Positions 10,130 through 21,100 of a DNA stretch of 64,000 bases are shown in pieces. Below the pieces are notes generated by a model. That model saw only the letters and a list, made by a program, of their open reading frames with translations, did no database searches and was not told the origin of the DNA. This DNA is from a virus. The translations under genes were made by a program, and so were the position numbers. Numbering within the stretch: the first letter of the stretch is position 1; each line of letters starts with the position of its first letter. Where the stretch lies: IMG/VR virus record IMGVR_UViG_3300017991_000075, positions 35,055 to 99,054 of that record. One strand, given 5' to 3'.

Positions 10130-13100
10130 TACAGATAGCCTTCTGGTGTCACCTTCAATGCCGCGCTGTAATCCTCTGTCAGCTTGTACATCACTGTCGT
10201 AGTATAGCCGTTCCTATGAGCAGCCGATACCACGATGAAATCTCCTACAGCCAGCCCGCGTCCGGCGTCACCGAGCTGGTACGCGGTGCCTAACACGAGC
10301 GTGCCTATAATCTGCTGTCGTACTCCTGTAGATCCATTGATAAACATCACTTGGGCTGTCTGGTAGGTCGCGTTAGACCCATCGTTCTCAAACTCAATCT
10401 CCGCCGTTTCAGACAGGAACTTCATACGCGGCATCGAGAATGCGTACGCGAGTCCCTTGAGCCCCATCGTCGAAGGACCGCCTCTATTGGCCAGGGCCAG
10501 TGTCCCGTTCGAGCGACCCTGCTCGCGGAAATCGTAGAACGTGTTTGCGACACGAACGGCTGAACGATCGGTTGTCCCATCAAAGTGAATGTCCAAATGC
10601 GGGGTAGCTGGATTCGCGAACAGCCGAGATCCTTTACCCCACAGACCAAGACGATAGATGACGCCTTCAGCAACATCGTAAAGCGGTATAGACCCAACAT
10701 CGCCTTTCAGAATGATGTTCTTCACGCCTCCGGATGCCTGTACTTCAGAAAGTCCGCCGATCGGGAACATGATCGTATTGCCATCAAAGAAAGCTCGCAC
10801 CTGGTTGCTACCGACAAGCTGTTGCGTGACCGCTGTTGTCGGTACATGAAGTGCTATCGTATTGCCGCCGTTCGACCACTGCACCAGCACATAATCGGCT
10901 TCGCGAGACATGATCGTACCGGCGAGATCATAATCCTGCGTTGTACCTGCGCCTTGAACGAGGAACACCTGGCTGCTGACATCTCCGATGATCGTAAAGC
11001 CGGAACCATTCCACGGATTCGGTGTCGTGATCGACAGCACGCCCCACTCATTGAATTCGAACGAAGGCATCTCTTCAATGACATCGAGATCCGGACGCTC
11101 CCACATCAGGGATTCGCCGTCTACATTCAAAGGGAACGTACTTCTGATCGTGTAGTCGTTAGTACCTGTGGCATCGACGATCACATCGTACTCAAGAATG
11201 TAGAATGAATCAGTCGAAGACAACCACGACCTGATATCGAGCACAGGAATCGAGGTCCCTTGATCGGGCAGCCGCATAGAGACCATAGCATTCCACAGCG
11301 TTACATCATCGGCCCAGGTCTGCTGGGTTACACCGTTCTGGTCGATCAGCTTTATGTTTTCGAGATCAGGATACGTATGGGGAGCGGTAGGCGCTGGGTC
11401 AAAGAAATCAAGGAAGTTTGGAAAAGCTAGGAAGGGCCACAGCGGGACCCTTGAGTTGAAAAGATAAGTAGGCGGGGCATCGAGATCCGCTATGGCCTGC
11501 TGCCCCCCAACAGAGTACAGACTTACTGCACGATCCCATAATGGGATCTGTCTTACGACAATCTGTGTATCCGTAATCCCAATGAGCATGACGTGCTGCT
11601 CGTCAAGCCCATACCGGCGTAGAAAACGCTGATCTGTAAAATCGACTATGGAAGAAATGTCAAGTGTGCCGCCGATCTGAATCATCTTTGGCGGTACATC
11701 AAGAAAGCCATTCGGCCCTGCAACGACGGCCGATTCAAAACGAGGACCTACCCCGTACAAATTTTTGACGAAACGAAGTTCTGCTGCGGCCATTGACAGC
11801 TTATAGAAATTAGGATCTGCTGTCGTGTCAGCTCCGGCGTAGAACACATCGAGATCTTCGCGGAAACAAAGACCCTCAAGATCTGCTCCATAAATTCCAC
11901 TCGGATCGAACAGTTCAATCTGTGAGGCGTCATCACGATCGACTATCCAGAATTTCTCCGGGTTCGCATCGTTGGTTCCGATGAGACGATTGCGCAGTGT
12001 ATCGAACGTCAGCCCTACGAACGAAGTACCCATGTTGCCAACCAGCGTTGCGGAGAATCCCGCACTGATATCGATCTCGTACAACGGGTAGGGTGCTGTG
12101 CTGGAGCAACAGTAGATTACGTCACGTTCAGTGTCATATGCCAGACCACGAACAAGATAGGCCCCGATAGTCCCTATCTCGGAAGCAGCGCCGGTTGACT
12201 TGTTGACCTCATAAATCTTACCGTCAGGAGTGCTGTTGAACCCACCAGCGATGAGTCGATCACCGACAGGATCAAAAGCCAATGCCTGACAATGCAGCGT
12301 GCCAGGTATGACGGACCCGCCGATCAACGTCATAACGCCTGTTTCAACATCGACGGTATAGAGCGAGTCTGTACCGCCTCCGTCTTCCATCAAGTACATG
12401 GTGTTAGTGCTGTTATCGTATGCAAGACCGCCAGGGTATTTACCAACGGTCAGATATGTGAACTGACCAACGACCTCAAATTCAGGTTCTCCTGTCGCAG
12501 AGATATACGCTACAGCGACACCGAAATCTGTTCCGCTGTACTGACCCCAATCCGGATAATCCTTACGACGGTACTTCGTGATTGTGTAATCACTGCCTGT
12601 CCACTTATAGGCGTAAGCTACTCGTGCAGTAGCTTCAACAGCTCCGCTCTTGAGAAAGTCAACCACAAACACGCCGTCACGTTGCCGCTGCAGATGCCCC
12701 AGCAGCCACGCTGTGGCTTCGGGGCTGAACGGTGCCATTGACACAGGTAGAATGATGCCATCGCCATCAGAACGAAGACGGATCTCTGTAGATGGCGGAA
12801 CCGATGTGAAATTGAACTGTGACAAGCCTTGATCAAAATTTATTTGTGGCAGAGCGCTATCATCGTACGTTTCAAATTGAATGGGCACCTGCAACGGCGA
12901 CACCACTCTAAACGTAATCACAAAGTCCTTGTAGTTAGGGTCACTCTGAGTCGAACGCAGTCTGATACGGATCGCGTAGATCTTCTGAGGGTCCGGATCT
13001 ACGAGAGTGAATGTGCCAACTTGTTCAATCGGCTGTTGAACGATTGCCAGTACGCTGTCTGTCGAAGTTCCTTCAGTAACTCCGTCTTCAAATATCGAGA

Positions 13101-13281
13101 CAAACTTCGCACCGCCATAGCTGCGAATACCGCCGTCATTACGCCAGAAAGGAAGCACCGACAAGGGGATGCTGACGTTACCTGTGATGCTCGGCACGTT
13201 TATGGTGTGCGGTTCGGCGGGATCAGTAAGATCCGCGAAACCTTCGGGGTTATTGACACCACTTCCCGGCAATCCGGCCAT
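10129..13281 (-). CDS. large virion protein with beta-propeller domain
   Basis: 1050 aa; about five GLAYD..LY.VD..TG....IG blade repeats. Confidence 0.65.
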   Translation of the reverse strand: MAGLPGSGVNNPEGFADLTDPAEPHTINVPSITGNVSIPLSVLPFWRNDGGIRSYGGAKFVSIFEDGVTEGTSTDSVLAIVQQPIEQVGTFTLVDPDPQKIYAIRIRLRSTQSDPNYKDFVITFRVVSPLQVPIQFETYDDSALPQINFDQGLSQFNFTSVPPSTEIRLRSDGDGIILPVSMAPFSPEATAWLLGHLQRQRDGVFVVDFLKSGAVEATARVAYAYKWTGSDYTITKYRRKDYPDWGQYSGTDFGVAVAYISATGEPEFEVVGQFTYLTVGKYPGGLAYDNSTNTMYLMEDGGGTDSLYTVDVETGVMTLIGGSVIPGTLHCQALAFDPVGDRLIAGGFNSTPDGKIYEVNKSTGAASEIGTIGAYLVRGLAYDTERDVIYCCSSTAPYPLYEIDISAGFSATLVGNMGTSFVGLTFDTLRNRLIGTNDANPEKFWIVDRDDASQIELFDPSGIYGADLEGLCFREDLDVFYAGADTTADPNFYKLSMAAAELRFVKNLYGVGPRFESAVVAGPNGFLDVPPKMIQIGGTLDISSIVDFTDQRFLRRYGLDEQHVMLIGITDTQIVVRQIPLWDRAVSLYSVGGQQAIADLDAPPTYLFNSRVPLWPFLAFPNFLDFFDPAPTAPHTYPDLENIKLIDQNGVTQQTWADDVTLWNAMVSMRLPDQGTSIPVLDIRSWLSSTDSFYILEYDVIVDATGTNDYTIRSTFPLNVDGESLMWERPDLDVIEEMPSFEFNEWGVLSITTPNPWNGSGFTIIGDVSSQVFLVQGAGTTQDYDLAGTIMSREADYVLVQWSNGGNTIALHVPTTAVTQQLVGSNQVRAFFDGNTIMFPIGGLSEVQASGGVKNIILKGDVGSIPLYDVAEGVIYRLGLWGKGSRLFANPATPHLDIHFDGTTDRSAVRVANTFYDFREQGRSNGTLALANRGGPSTMGLKGLAYAFSMPRMKFLSETAEIEFENDGSNATYQTAQVMFINGSTGVRQQIIGTLVLGTAYQLGDAGRGLAVGDFIVVSAAHRNGYTTTVMYKLTEDYSAALKVTPEGYL

Positions 13282-13290
13282 GAGTCGCTC

Positions 13291-14709
13291 CTAGACTACA
13301 TCCATCTTATAAACGTTCGATGCCTGCGTATTGTCAGGAATCAAGTATCCGAATGGGACAGCAGGCTGCCCCGTCAAAATATTACCAGAGGATACTATCA
13401 GCACCTGTACCGCCATCACATCGCCAGGTACTAACCCAGGAAAGATCGGAAATGAAATCGGGATAGGTCCGGCAGCTACTGCGGCCACTCCCTGTGCTCC
13501 GGGGTTCGTTGACCAGGTTCCGAGTATCCAATTGAAAATTCGAGGAGGCGAGAACGAAGGAGTAACAAGTAAATCCGCAAACGTAGCAGGCGGAGCATAA
13601 GCAAAGTTTTGTCCATTGAGAGCACCCCCATTCCATGTCGCGTCCTTACCCCCAACAAGGACGATCTCAGAAGCTCCCTTGATCCATGACGGAGGAGTCA
13701 TCAGACAAAATACAGTTTGCCCGATAGTAACCGTGTAATCCGCAGGACTCTGCGGATCGAGACGCCAGAAATCGTCAAGTATCGGAAGACCGACATTCGC
13801 CGGTCCCGGAATGAGGCTAGGTCCATCAGCATAGTCGATCGGAATGTTATTAGGAGTCCCTCCCGGTACAGCGGCCGCCACGGATGGGGCCAGATGCTGA
13901 ATCATATACGCATGCCAACGGCCCGTATCCCCTATGACATGAAACCACGCTGGTACAAAACCATTGGTGAACATTTCATCGTCGGATGTCTTAGCAGGAA
14001 TTGCAGGCTCGTCATACCACGGCTCTAAAGGAGTCGGGGCGTTAGGCTGGTGGTAGATGGGGTCGTACGTGCCAGGCACGTAAACACCTTCATCAGGATC
14101 TCGATTAGTTGCTGTGAAAACGCCTTCAGGCTCACAGTCAACCGCAGACGCTCCTACGGAACCAGGACTGAACACCGCACCGGCAGGATCTGCTTCAGCA
14201 GCAGCCGGGGTCCAGTTAGGTTCCTTGTAAAGACAACACGCAAATGGAGCCATGCCGCTCTCGACACGCTCATCGAGTTCGGCGATCGAGCCTGACGGCC
14301 CTGATGCCAGCCAGAAATAGTAGACCTGGCTAACCTCGCGACGGATGTTGCTGGAGATCAATTCCATCCGGAAGCACTGTGGCACACCATAATTCGGCTG
14401 AGGATCTTGCGGGAACCCAAGCTTCATTCCGCCAAGGGCTCCCTCGATCGCCCACTGCTTGTTAGCGACTTCAACGAAACGACGTTCGGCCGCATCTGTG
14501 ATGTCACCATCAACGACACGGCTAAGTTTATAACGGACGTTGATCGTGTCATTGTTGCCGAATACAACGAAGCGAACACCCAAGCCAATAAGCATAGGAT
14601 TATATGACGACATACCGGCGTCACCGTCACCGAGCGTCAAGAAACGTTTGTCCCCAAACCCTCGACGCTCTTTGAGCAGTGAATACCGTAATGTTGTCGG
14701 ACTTCCCAT
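13291..14709 (-). CDS. putative tail structural protein (Pro/Gly-rich)
   Basis: 472-aa ORF in the post-tape-measure cluster. Confidence 0.6.
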   Translation of the reverse strand: MGSPTTLRYSLLKERRGFGDKRFLTLGDGDAGMSSYNPMLIGLGVRFVVFGNNDTINVRYKLSRVVDGDITDAAERRFVEVANKQWAIEGALGGMKLGFPQDPQPNYGVPQCFRMELISSNIRREVSQVYYFWLASGPSGSIAELDERVESGMAPFACCLYKEPNWTPAAAEADPAGAVFSPGSVGASAVDCEPEGVFTATNRDPDEGVYVPGTYDPIYHQPNAPTPLEPWYDEPAIPAKTSDDEMFTNGFVPAWFHVIGDTGRWHAYMIQHLAPSVAAAVPGGTPNNIPIDYADGPSLIPGPANVGLPILDDFWRLDPQSPADYTVTIGQTVFCLMTPPSWIKGASEIVLVGGKDATWNGGALNGQNFAYAPPATFADLLVTPSFSPPRIFNWILGTWSTNPGAQGVAAVAAGPIPISFPIFPGLVPGDVMAVQVLIVSSGNILTGQPAVPFGYLIPDNTQASNVYKMDVV

Positions 14710-14718
14710 GTATGTTTC

Positions 14719-15465
14719 CTAGCACAACGGATTCCCGTCGTTTGGTGCAAAACCAGGTCCTATGCCATCACCATCAGCGTCTCTCGTAAACACAACACCA
14801 GTATGATGCCCGGCCTGCCAATTCAAGGCCGTGATCATAGAGGCTGTCAAGAACGCACTTATATCGGGAACGAACATTGTCAATCTCTGACCGCTCGCAA
14901 AGTCGTACGTCGGATCACTGACGTGCTTCCAGAACCTGAAGCCTTCCCGCTGGAAGAGTTCGAACATCTCGAAGTCTTCAGTTTCTTCAGTTACCGGGCA
15001 TCTGGCGGGTTCTGACTCGTCAGCGATGTCAAGTTGATACTCAACTCGACTTGTGCGTGTAATGTTTGTAAAGGTGAGGGCAAGTGTGAAGTGTACCCCC
15101 TGTGCGTAATCATTGTCAGTGATAACCGAAAAGCCGAGTCCGTCAGGGTCGCCTGCATATGTTCGCATTTCATACCGCCTGCTCCCGCGAGACTGGAACA
15201 GAGGTTTGAGATTTCTTGTATAAGTCGTGGTTCCATCATTGTAGCGAAGCTCTATTTCAAAGTTGCGGGTGTACTGGTTGAGTTCAAGGATGACAGTCAT
15301 CCCCAAGCCTCGCAGGATCGGATTATGGCCGCCCTCCGGATCTCCGTGACCGGCATCAAACATCGTAAGGTTCAGGATATCCGAACGTGCGCGATTACGG
15401 GGCGGTCGTTCCAACCAATGCCCGTTTCCGTAACCAAGAACTGTTGTCCCGTACTTATACGGCAC
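14719..15465 (-). CDS. putative tail protein
   Basis: 248-aa ORF tightly packed in the tail operon. Confidence 0.6.
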   Translation of the reverse strand: MPYKYGTTVLGYGNGHWLERPPRNRARSDILNLTMFDAGHGDPEGGHNPILRGLGMTVILELNQYTRNFEIELRYNDGTTTYTRNLKPLFQSRGSRRYEMRTYAGDPDGLGFSVITDNDYAQGVHFTLALTFTNITRTSRVEYQLDIADESEPARCPVTEETEDFEMFELFQREGFRFWKHVSDPTYDFASGQRLTMFVPDISAFLTASMITALNWQAGHHTGVVFTRDADGDGIGPGFAPNDGNPLC

Positions 15466-15468
15466 CTG

Positions 15469-16176
15469 CTACACCTCGTTGATGTTGAAGAAACCTGCTT
15501 CTTGCGTATCACTACCGCCGATCGACACCAGCGTGCCTTGTGGCATCGCCTCAGCCCTAACACGATAATGAATTTCAAACTGATTGATGGTCCATCTCTC
15601 GTACGACTTCACTATACGGAGGTGCTCCGCGTCATTGGCACTCTCATCGACACAACTTACTTGAGAAAGAATATAGTCAGTACGACCTCTGTATTCGGGT
15701 TTCCACTCCTCGCTTTCAATCATGATCTTCAGAATATCAACCGCGTACGCTTTGTGAGTGCGATCAAACGGTCTCCATATGATGTATTCACCGGCATCCC
15801 AATCAGGATCATTCAGCCACATCTGTTCGACACGATGAATAAATCCCCATGTCACAGCCAGGCCGCCCTCTGGGCGGAAGATCTCTTTGATGATCGTATC
15901 GTCAGTTACCTGCGGGAATTTGGCAAAGACATTCGAACGTAACGTCTTAGCCGTAGCGAGATCTCGATCCGCTTTCACATCGAGTGTGAAGAACACTGTT
16001 TCATCGGGAAGAAACGGATAGATGATCTGCCTGGCGACAAGCCCATCAAGAGCACTGTGATACAGAATGCGAGATCCGTTGACGCTACCAGCGGTCGGAT
16101 CATAGTACGCTGCCGGGTTTTGCCCGAACATGTACGGCCCGAAACGATGTCCTGTGCGTGCGAACGTCAACGACAT
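15469..16176 (-). CDS. putative distal-tail-like protein
   Basis: 235-aa ORF with GGAG RBS; product inferred from size and position only. Confidence 0.5.
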   Translation of the reverse strand: MSLTFARTGHRFGPYMFGQNPAAYYDPTAGSVNGSRILYHSALDGLVARQIIYPFLPDETVFFTLDVKADRDLATAKTLRSNVFAKFPQVTDDTIIKEIFRPEGGLAVTWGFIHRVEQMWLNDPDWDAGEYIIWRPFDRTHKAYAVDILKIMIESEEWKPEYRGRTDYILSQVSCVDESANDAEHLRIVKSYERWTINQFEIHYRVRAEAMPQGTLVSIGGSDTQEAGFFNINEV

Positions 16177-16179
16177 GGA

Positions 16180-17520
16180 TTATTCTCCTCCGACTTCTCG
16201 AATCGTATCCCCGTTCGAGTCGATAGCCGTTGTGAACTCAAGTTTTTCAGCAAGACCAGTATCGTCATCAAGATTGTCCGGATCGATCGACATATCGACG
16301 ATACCCGGATTGAACATGGCAACCTCATGTTCTGATGGCTGACCGGCCAGCATGTTGAGCAATCTGTACTTGGCGTTATGACCCGCCAAGCCGAGTGCCC
16401 GCTCAAGCATGTCGAGATCTACTTGAGCAGAAGTAGAGTCAAAGATGTCGAGGTTGGCCTTGTCACGATGAAGGATCGAAAAATCAAGCGTACGACTGTC
16501 GCTGACACGAAAGACGCCGATGATGTAATACTCCTCTTGATAAGGAAGTATCGTCGAATCAAAGATCACCGTAGCGACACCACCGTTATCGATAAAGTTT
16601 GGGTTGCCGTCGATGTACAGCGCCGTATCCCATGAAGAGATATTCCATTCGGCTGTTGCCGGTGGAAAGTCGAAACGATACAGACTTGTGCTGGAGTTGT
16701 TATAGAACAGCTTGTCGTCGTCAGTGTCGTAAGCCATCCCAAAAGGAGCTACGCCGACTGTTGCTCCCTTCAACGTAGCGATCGCCGTGTCTGGGTCTAC
16801 CTCGTACAGATTGTGCGTGCCGCCAGAACTGGAAGTCATCCAAAGGACTCTACGACGAGTGTCAAACGCCAGACCCGCCGCGATGCTGCCGATGCCTGTC
16901 GAGGCGATGAGTTGACAGGTCGCATCACTGGTATCGACGAGATAGATCTCATCACTAGAGACCAACAGGTACAACCGGCCAGTGACAGGATCTCGTGCTA
17001 GGCTCTGTGGAGTCGTAATCGGTGTACCGCCAACAGTCAATGCTCCGATCAACGTTGCCACCGCTGTTGATGGGTTGATGCTGTACAGCGAGTTAGTCGT
17101 ATCGCTGACACCCCAAATAACGCCTTCACCCGGTGAGTATTCGAGTCCTTCCATAGATGTAACAAGAGGGCCGATCGTGGCCACTGTTACCCCGGTGGTC
17201 TTATTGATCTTGACCAGGTTATTTGCGGATGAGGACGCGAACAGATGCCCATCACCCGGATCATAGCTGTAGGCGTCGATCGCGATCGTAGTCGCAACAA
17301 ACACATCAGGGAACGTCGGATCATTCAGCGAAGCTACCTGCGGCATACTAAAAGTGAAAGGCGTTCCGTCTGGAGTCGCGACAGGATCAATTCGCTTGAT
17401 TCCGACGCCATGTGTCGCCACTGGCACAAACTGTGATGGTGAAAATGGCGACATGAGCCGAAGGGCATCGCCCTCTCTCACCGGGATCACATGAAGATCT
17501 GGTATATTATTCCAGGGCAT
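16180..17520 (-). CDS. beta-propeller virion protein
   Basis: About six repeats of GLAFD/GMAYD..LY.VD...A.ATL.G. Confidence 0.7.
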   Translation of the reverse strand: MPWNNIPDLHVIPVREGDALRLMSPFSPSQFVPVATHGVGIKRIDPVATPDGTPFTFSMPQVASLNDPTFPDVFVATTIAIDAYSYDPGDGHLFASSSANNLVKINKTTGVTVATIGPLVTSMEGLEYSPGEGVIWGVSDTTNSLYSINPSTAVATLIGALTVGGTPITTPQSLARDPVTGRLYLLVSSDEIYLVDTSDATCQLIASTGIGSIAAGLAFDTRRRVLWMTSSSGGTHNLYEVDPDTAIATLKGATVGVAPFGMAYDTDDDKLFYNNSSTSLYRFDFPPATAEWNISSWDTALYIDGNPNFIDNGGVATVIFDSTILPYQEEYYIIGVFRVSDSRTLDFSILHRDKANLDIFDSTSAQVDLDMLERALGLAGHNAKYRLLNMLAGQPSEHEVAMFNPGIVDMSIDPDNLDDDTGLAEKLEFTTAIDSNGDTIREVGGE

Positions 17521-17529
17521 CGTAGCTCC

Positions 17530-18105
17530 TTACTGCACGCGAGCAGAAATCTCACCAACCACACGGTGAGTCTCATCCACAATCTTACGCTGGCTGTATT
17601 GGTAGATGACACTAGAACCCGGATCATCCGGATTGCCGTCATAGATCGTTATTGTTGTCAGGCCAGGAACACCCATCGAAACTTCGTCATGTTCGATGAC
17701 GGTATTCCACCCAAGCAGCCCGGCGATTCGTTTGACGTACTCGTTGATCACCGCTGTGTTGATCGGACCGACAGTGCTGAAAGCAACATCAAATGGTATG
17801 AAGTGCCACTCATCAACGAGAGCAACCAAGCTATTGAAGATCCTCACGCGATAGGTTTCACCCGTGGAATACTTCGTAGGATCAAGATGTATCTTGATGG
17901 CATTGCCCTGTGCCGGCCAGTTCACCGTACCGCTGTCTTTGATGGTCAGCGTTGACATCTCGGTGACTTCATAGCTCCAGGTCGTACTACCGCCAGCCCC
18001 GAAAGTCGGGTCTGGCAGAAACACCAGCACGTTTTTATCGAGCTGGTACTTAGGCAGCGTTGCCACCTCAAGACTGCCACCGTAACTAGGCGCACGTAAA
18101 GGCAT
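17530..18105 (-). CDS. putative tail protein
   Basis: First ORF after the tape measure gene; GGAGG RBS. Confidence 0.6.
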   Translation of the reverse strand: MPLRAPSYGGSLEVATLPKYQLDKNVLVFLPDPTFGAGGSTTWSYEVTEMSTLTIKDSGTVNWPAQGNAIKIHLDPTKYSTGETYRVRIFNSLVALVDEWHFIPFDVAFSTVGPINTAVINEYVKRIAGLLGWNTVIEHDEVSMGVPGLTTITIYDGNPDDPGSSVIYQYSQRKIVDETHRVVGEISARVQ

Positions 18106-18115
18106 CTAAGTCCTC

Positions 18116-21100
18116 CTAGATCGTAGTTCCTCCAGTCGCACCTAACGGATTACCCGCTGACATAGGCGCTCCAGAACGCATGAGTTCAATGATCGTATCC
18201 AGGCGCTTCTCAGTTCCACGCATTGAAGCCCTGAACGCTTCCTCGGTTTCCTTGATGGCGACCGTCGTGGTCCCAGAGATTACACCACGGATCTCTTCAG
18301 TGGAAGCCACTGCATCATCAACCGTGTCCTTGATGATTTCTGCGCTGCCCTGCAGGTTAGAGAGGAAGCCCGTCGCTATAGCGAGAAGACCCATAGCCGC
18401 AGCGGCTAGAGTCTTGTCAAAAACTTTGGTCAACAGGGCAGATAGCCCGCTCTCAGCAGCGTTCACCAGATAAGCGATAGCCTTGTCCGTCAGATCGTCG
18501 AAGATCTTCTTGGCGAACATACTGATCCTGTACAACGTCGCATTGAATGAATTACCTGTCTCCTCAGCGGCTTTTCTAGCTGCATCGACAGCTTTGTTCG
18601 CCGAACCATCGATGACTCCGGTTATGGTGTCACCAAGAGCGGCACCGATCGGTGCTGCAATATTGCTATGTATGAACGGGTAGACCTCGACCTGACGCAT
18701 TGCATCTTCGATGGTCTCCTTGACTTCCGCCGATATATCGCCGGCAGTAGCTGTTGAAAAATCGAAATCAGAATCGAGAGTAATGCCTTCCTTGGCAAGC
18801 TGGAATTCCAATCTACGACGTACTGAAGCAGCCTCTAACTTGGCGGCTTCACCTTCTTTACGACCCTTGAACAGCACTGCAACACGCTCAAGCTCATTCA
18901 GTTTTCTAACAGCCTCGGCAGTTGCAATTTCTGCCGTGCGCATCTCACGCTTCAGATCTTTGGCTTCCTTCACGCCAAAGCCAGCCGCCTCGAAACTGAA
19001 GGCATCCGGACCCGCACCGGATAGTTCTTTGATCCGGGTTTGCAGCAGTTTGTTCTGCTTTTCTTCCTCTTGCGTCGTTTCCTGCTCGGCCTGTTTACGG
19101 TACTGAGCAAGATCTACAAGAGCATGGAGACGTTCTTCAATACGTGCTTCAAGATTGTGCTGCGCTCCGGATATCTGTAACTGCTCAGCAGCATACTGAA
19201 GCCGTTTACGAACCTCTTCCGTGCTGCCCGTGAGGAGCTGCTGCATTGTCTCGAAGACATGTACCAGACGTTCGTCTTCTGGCAGCATCGCATCAAAGAT
19301 CTCGAAGCCGAGATCAGATGCGGCATCCTTTAGAATGGCACGCAGAGCTTCACGTACAGCTAAGAATTGACGACGTTCGATGCTCTTTAGATTTTCTACG
19401 ATACCCGCCGTGAATGGGGCTTTCTTGACGAGAGACTCACGAATCGATTCAGGGAGGGTTTCTCCGAATAAACCCTTGAGCATTTCTGCCATTTTATCTT
19501 CAACGTCTTCTAAAACGCTGGCAGCAACTTCGAGCCCAAACATGTCACCTTTGACCGCACTCTTTCTGGCGTCCTGCATTACTGCGGAAATCAAGTAGAG
19601 CTGATGCCTAATCTTGTTGAGACGCTCCTCGTCACCAACACCGATTGTCTTGGCGATGTCGCTAATGGCTTTGAATCGTTCTTCTGCGGCGTCGAATCCA
19701 ATTTCGGCCTCGCTGCCTATCGTGGCTTCGAGGATCTTAGAGCGTTCGGCCTGCATGCTCGCGATGGCCTGTCCAACTTTATCATAATTACCACCGAGTT
19801 CTGCAACCTTGGTGTTGTACTCTGATTGCTTCGATACAATCTCAACAAGGCGTGTGAGAATCGCATCGAACTTATGAACGTTCTTATCTAGCTCCTTACC
19901 GAGGTTCTCCTGAATCTCGACCTGTTTCTGGACTTCAGCGGATGCATCCTGCAGTCGCTGATCCATGTCGGCCATTTCCTGCTCGTACACGGACCCGATC
20001 TGCTGGCCGAGCCGTACCAGCTCAGGAGCATCCTTCTTGAATCCCTCAAGAGCTGCAGCACCAGCTTCTTTGAACCCTTCGTTGATTTCACCCATCATGC
20101 CGGAAGCTTGCTTACGCAACTCGCGCTGAGCTTCGACTTGTCCGGCAGTAATCGCTCCAGGATCTACCAGGCCAAGCTCCTGCATCATCCGCAGATGCTT
20201 GACCAACTCCTGTGCGGAAACCTTTTCCTTCTTGTGCAGTTCGATATTCTTGAGAATCGTGTCACGCTGTTTTTCAAGAGCTGCCACCTGGTCCCAATAA
20301 CCTTCGGTCATAGGATCGAGTAGCCGTAACTGTTCTGCTTGGGCATCCCACACATCACGAGAAGTAACACCGAGATCACCGATGACATCCCGCAGCTCAT
20401 CAACATTATTACCAATTACCTTGATGGCGTTCTCAACATTTTCAGCGGAGATACCTTCATCAACAGCGGCTTTCAATTTCTTTTGAATCCCGCCGTAGAA
20501 ACTCTCGATACGTGCGGCGTCCTTTTCCTGGCGATCTATTGTGTTACCCCAGATGTCTGCAGTTTCTGCTGCTTCTTCCTTGAGTGTGTCGATGGCATAC
20601 TGTAACCCGCTAGTCAGATCACCCTCATCGACACCGATGAACGGGATCTCTACCAGAATCGATTCCAACCCTGAAGCGATGCTCTCGATAATAACAGCAA
20701 CACCAAGTTTGATCTTGTTCCACAACCATTCACCGAGAGATAGGGCGAAGTTCTTGGCAAAACTAACTGCCTTGGCAGCGAACTTGATGAACTCTGCAAG
20801 AGCGTCAATACCAGCCTTAGCCAAAGTCGATTTGATCTTCGGTGGTATTGCCGCAAAGATCATCTCCAGCCACGTCAGCACCAGACCGCCGCCGTGTTTC
20901 AGTAACGTGTTTATAGCGCCGCCAATGAACGTGAAGAAGGCATTGGCAACGGCACTGACATCGCTCCAGAATTTCTGACTGCCATCCTTGGCCTTGATCC
21001 AATTTTCCTTGACGTAATCGAAGATCAGTCCCAAAGATCTAAATGCGATACGTGTGAATGCACGAACGTGTTCAAGAATCGTCGTAACCAGACTGATACC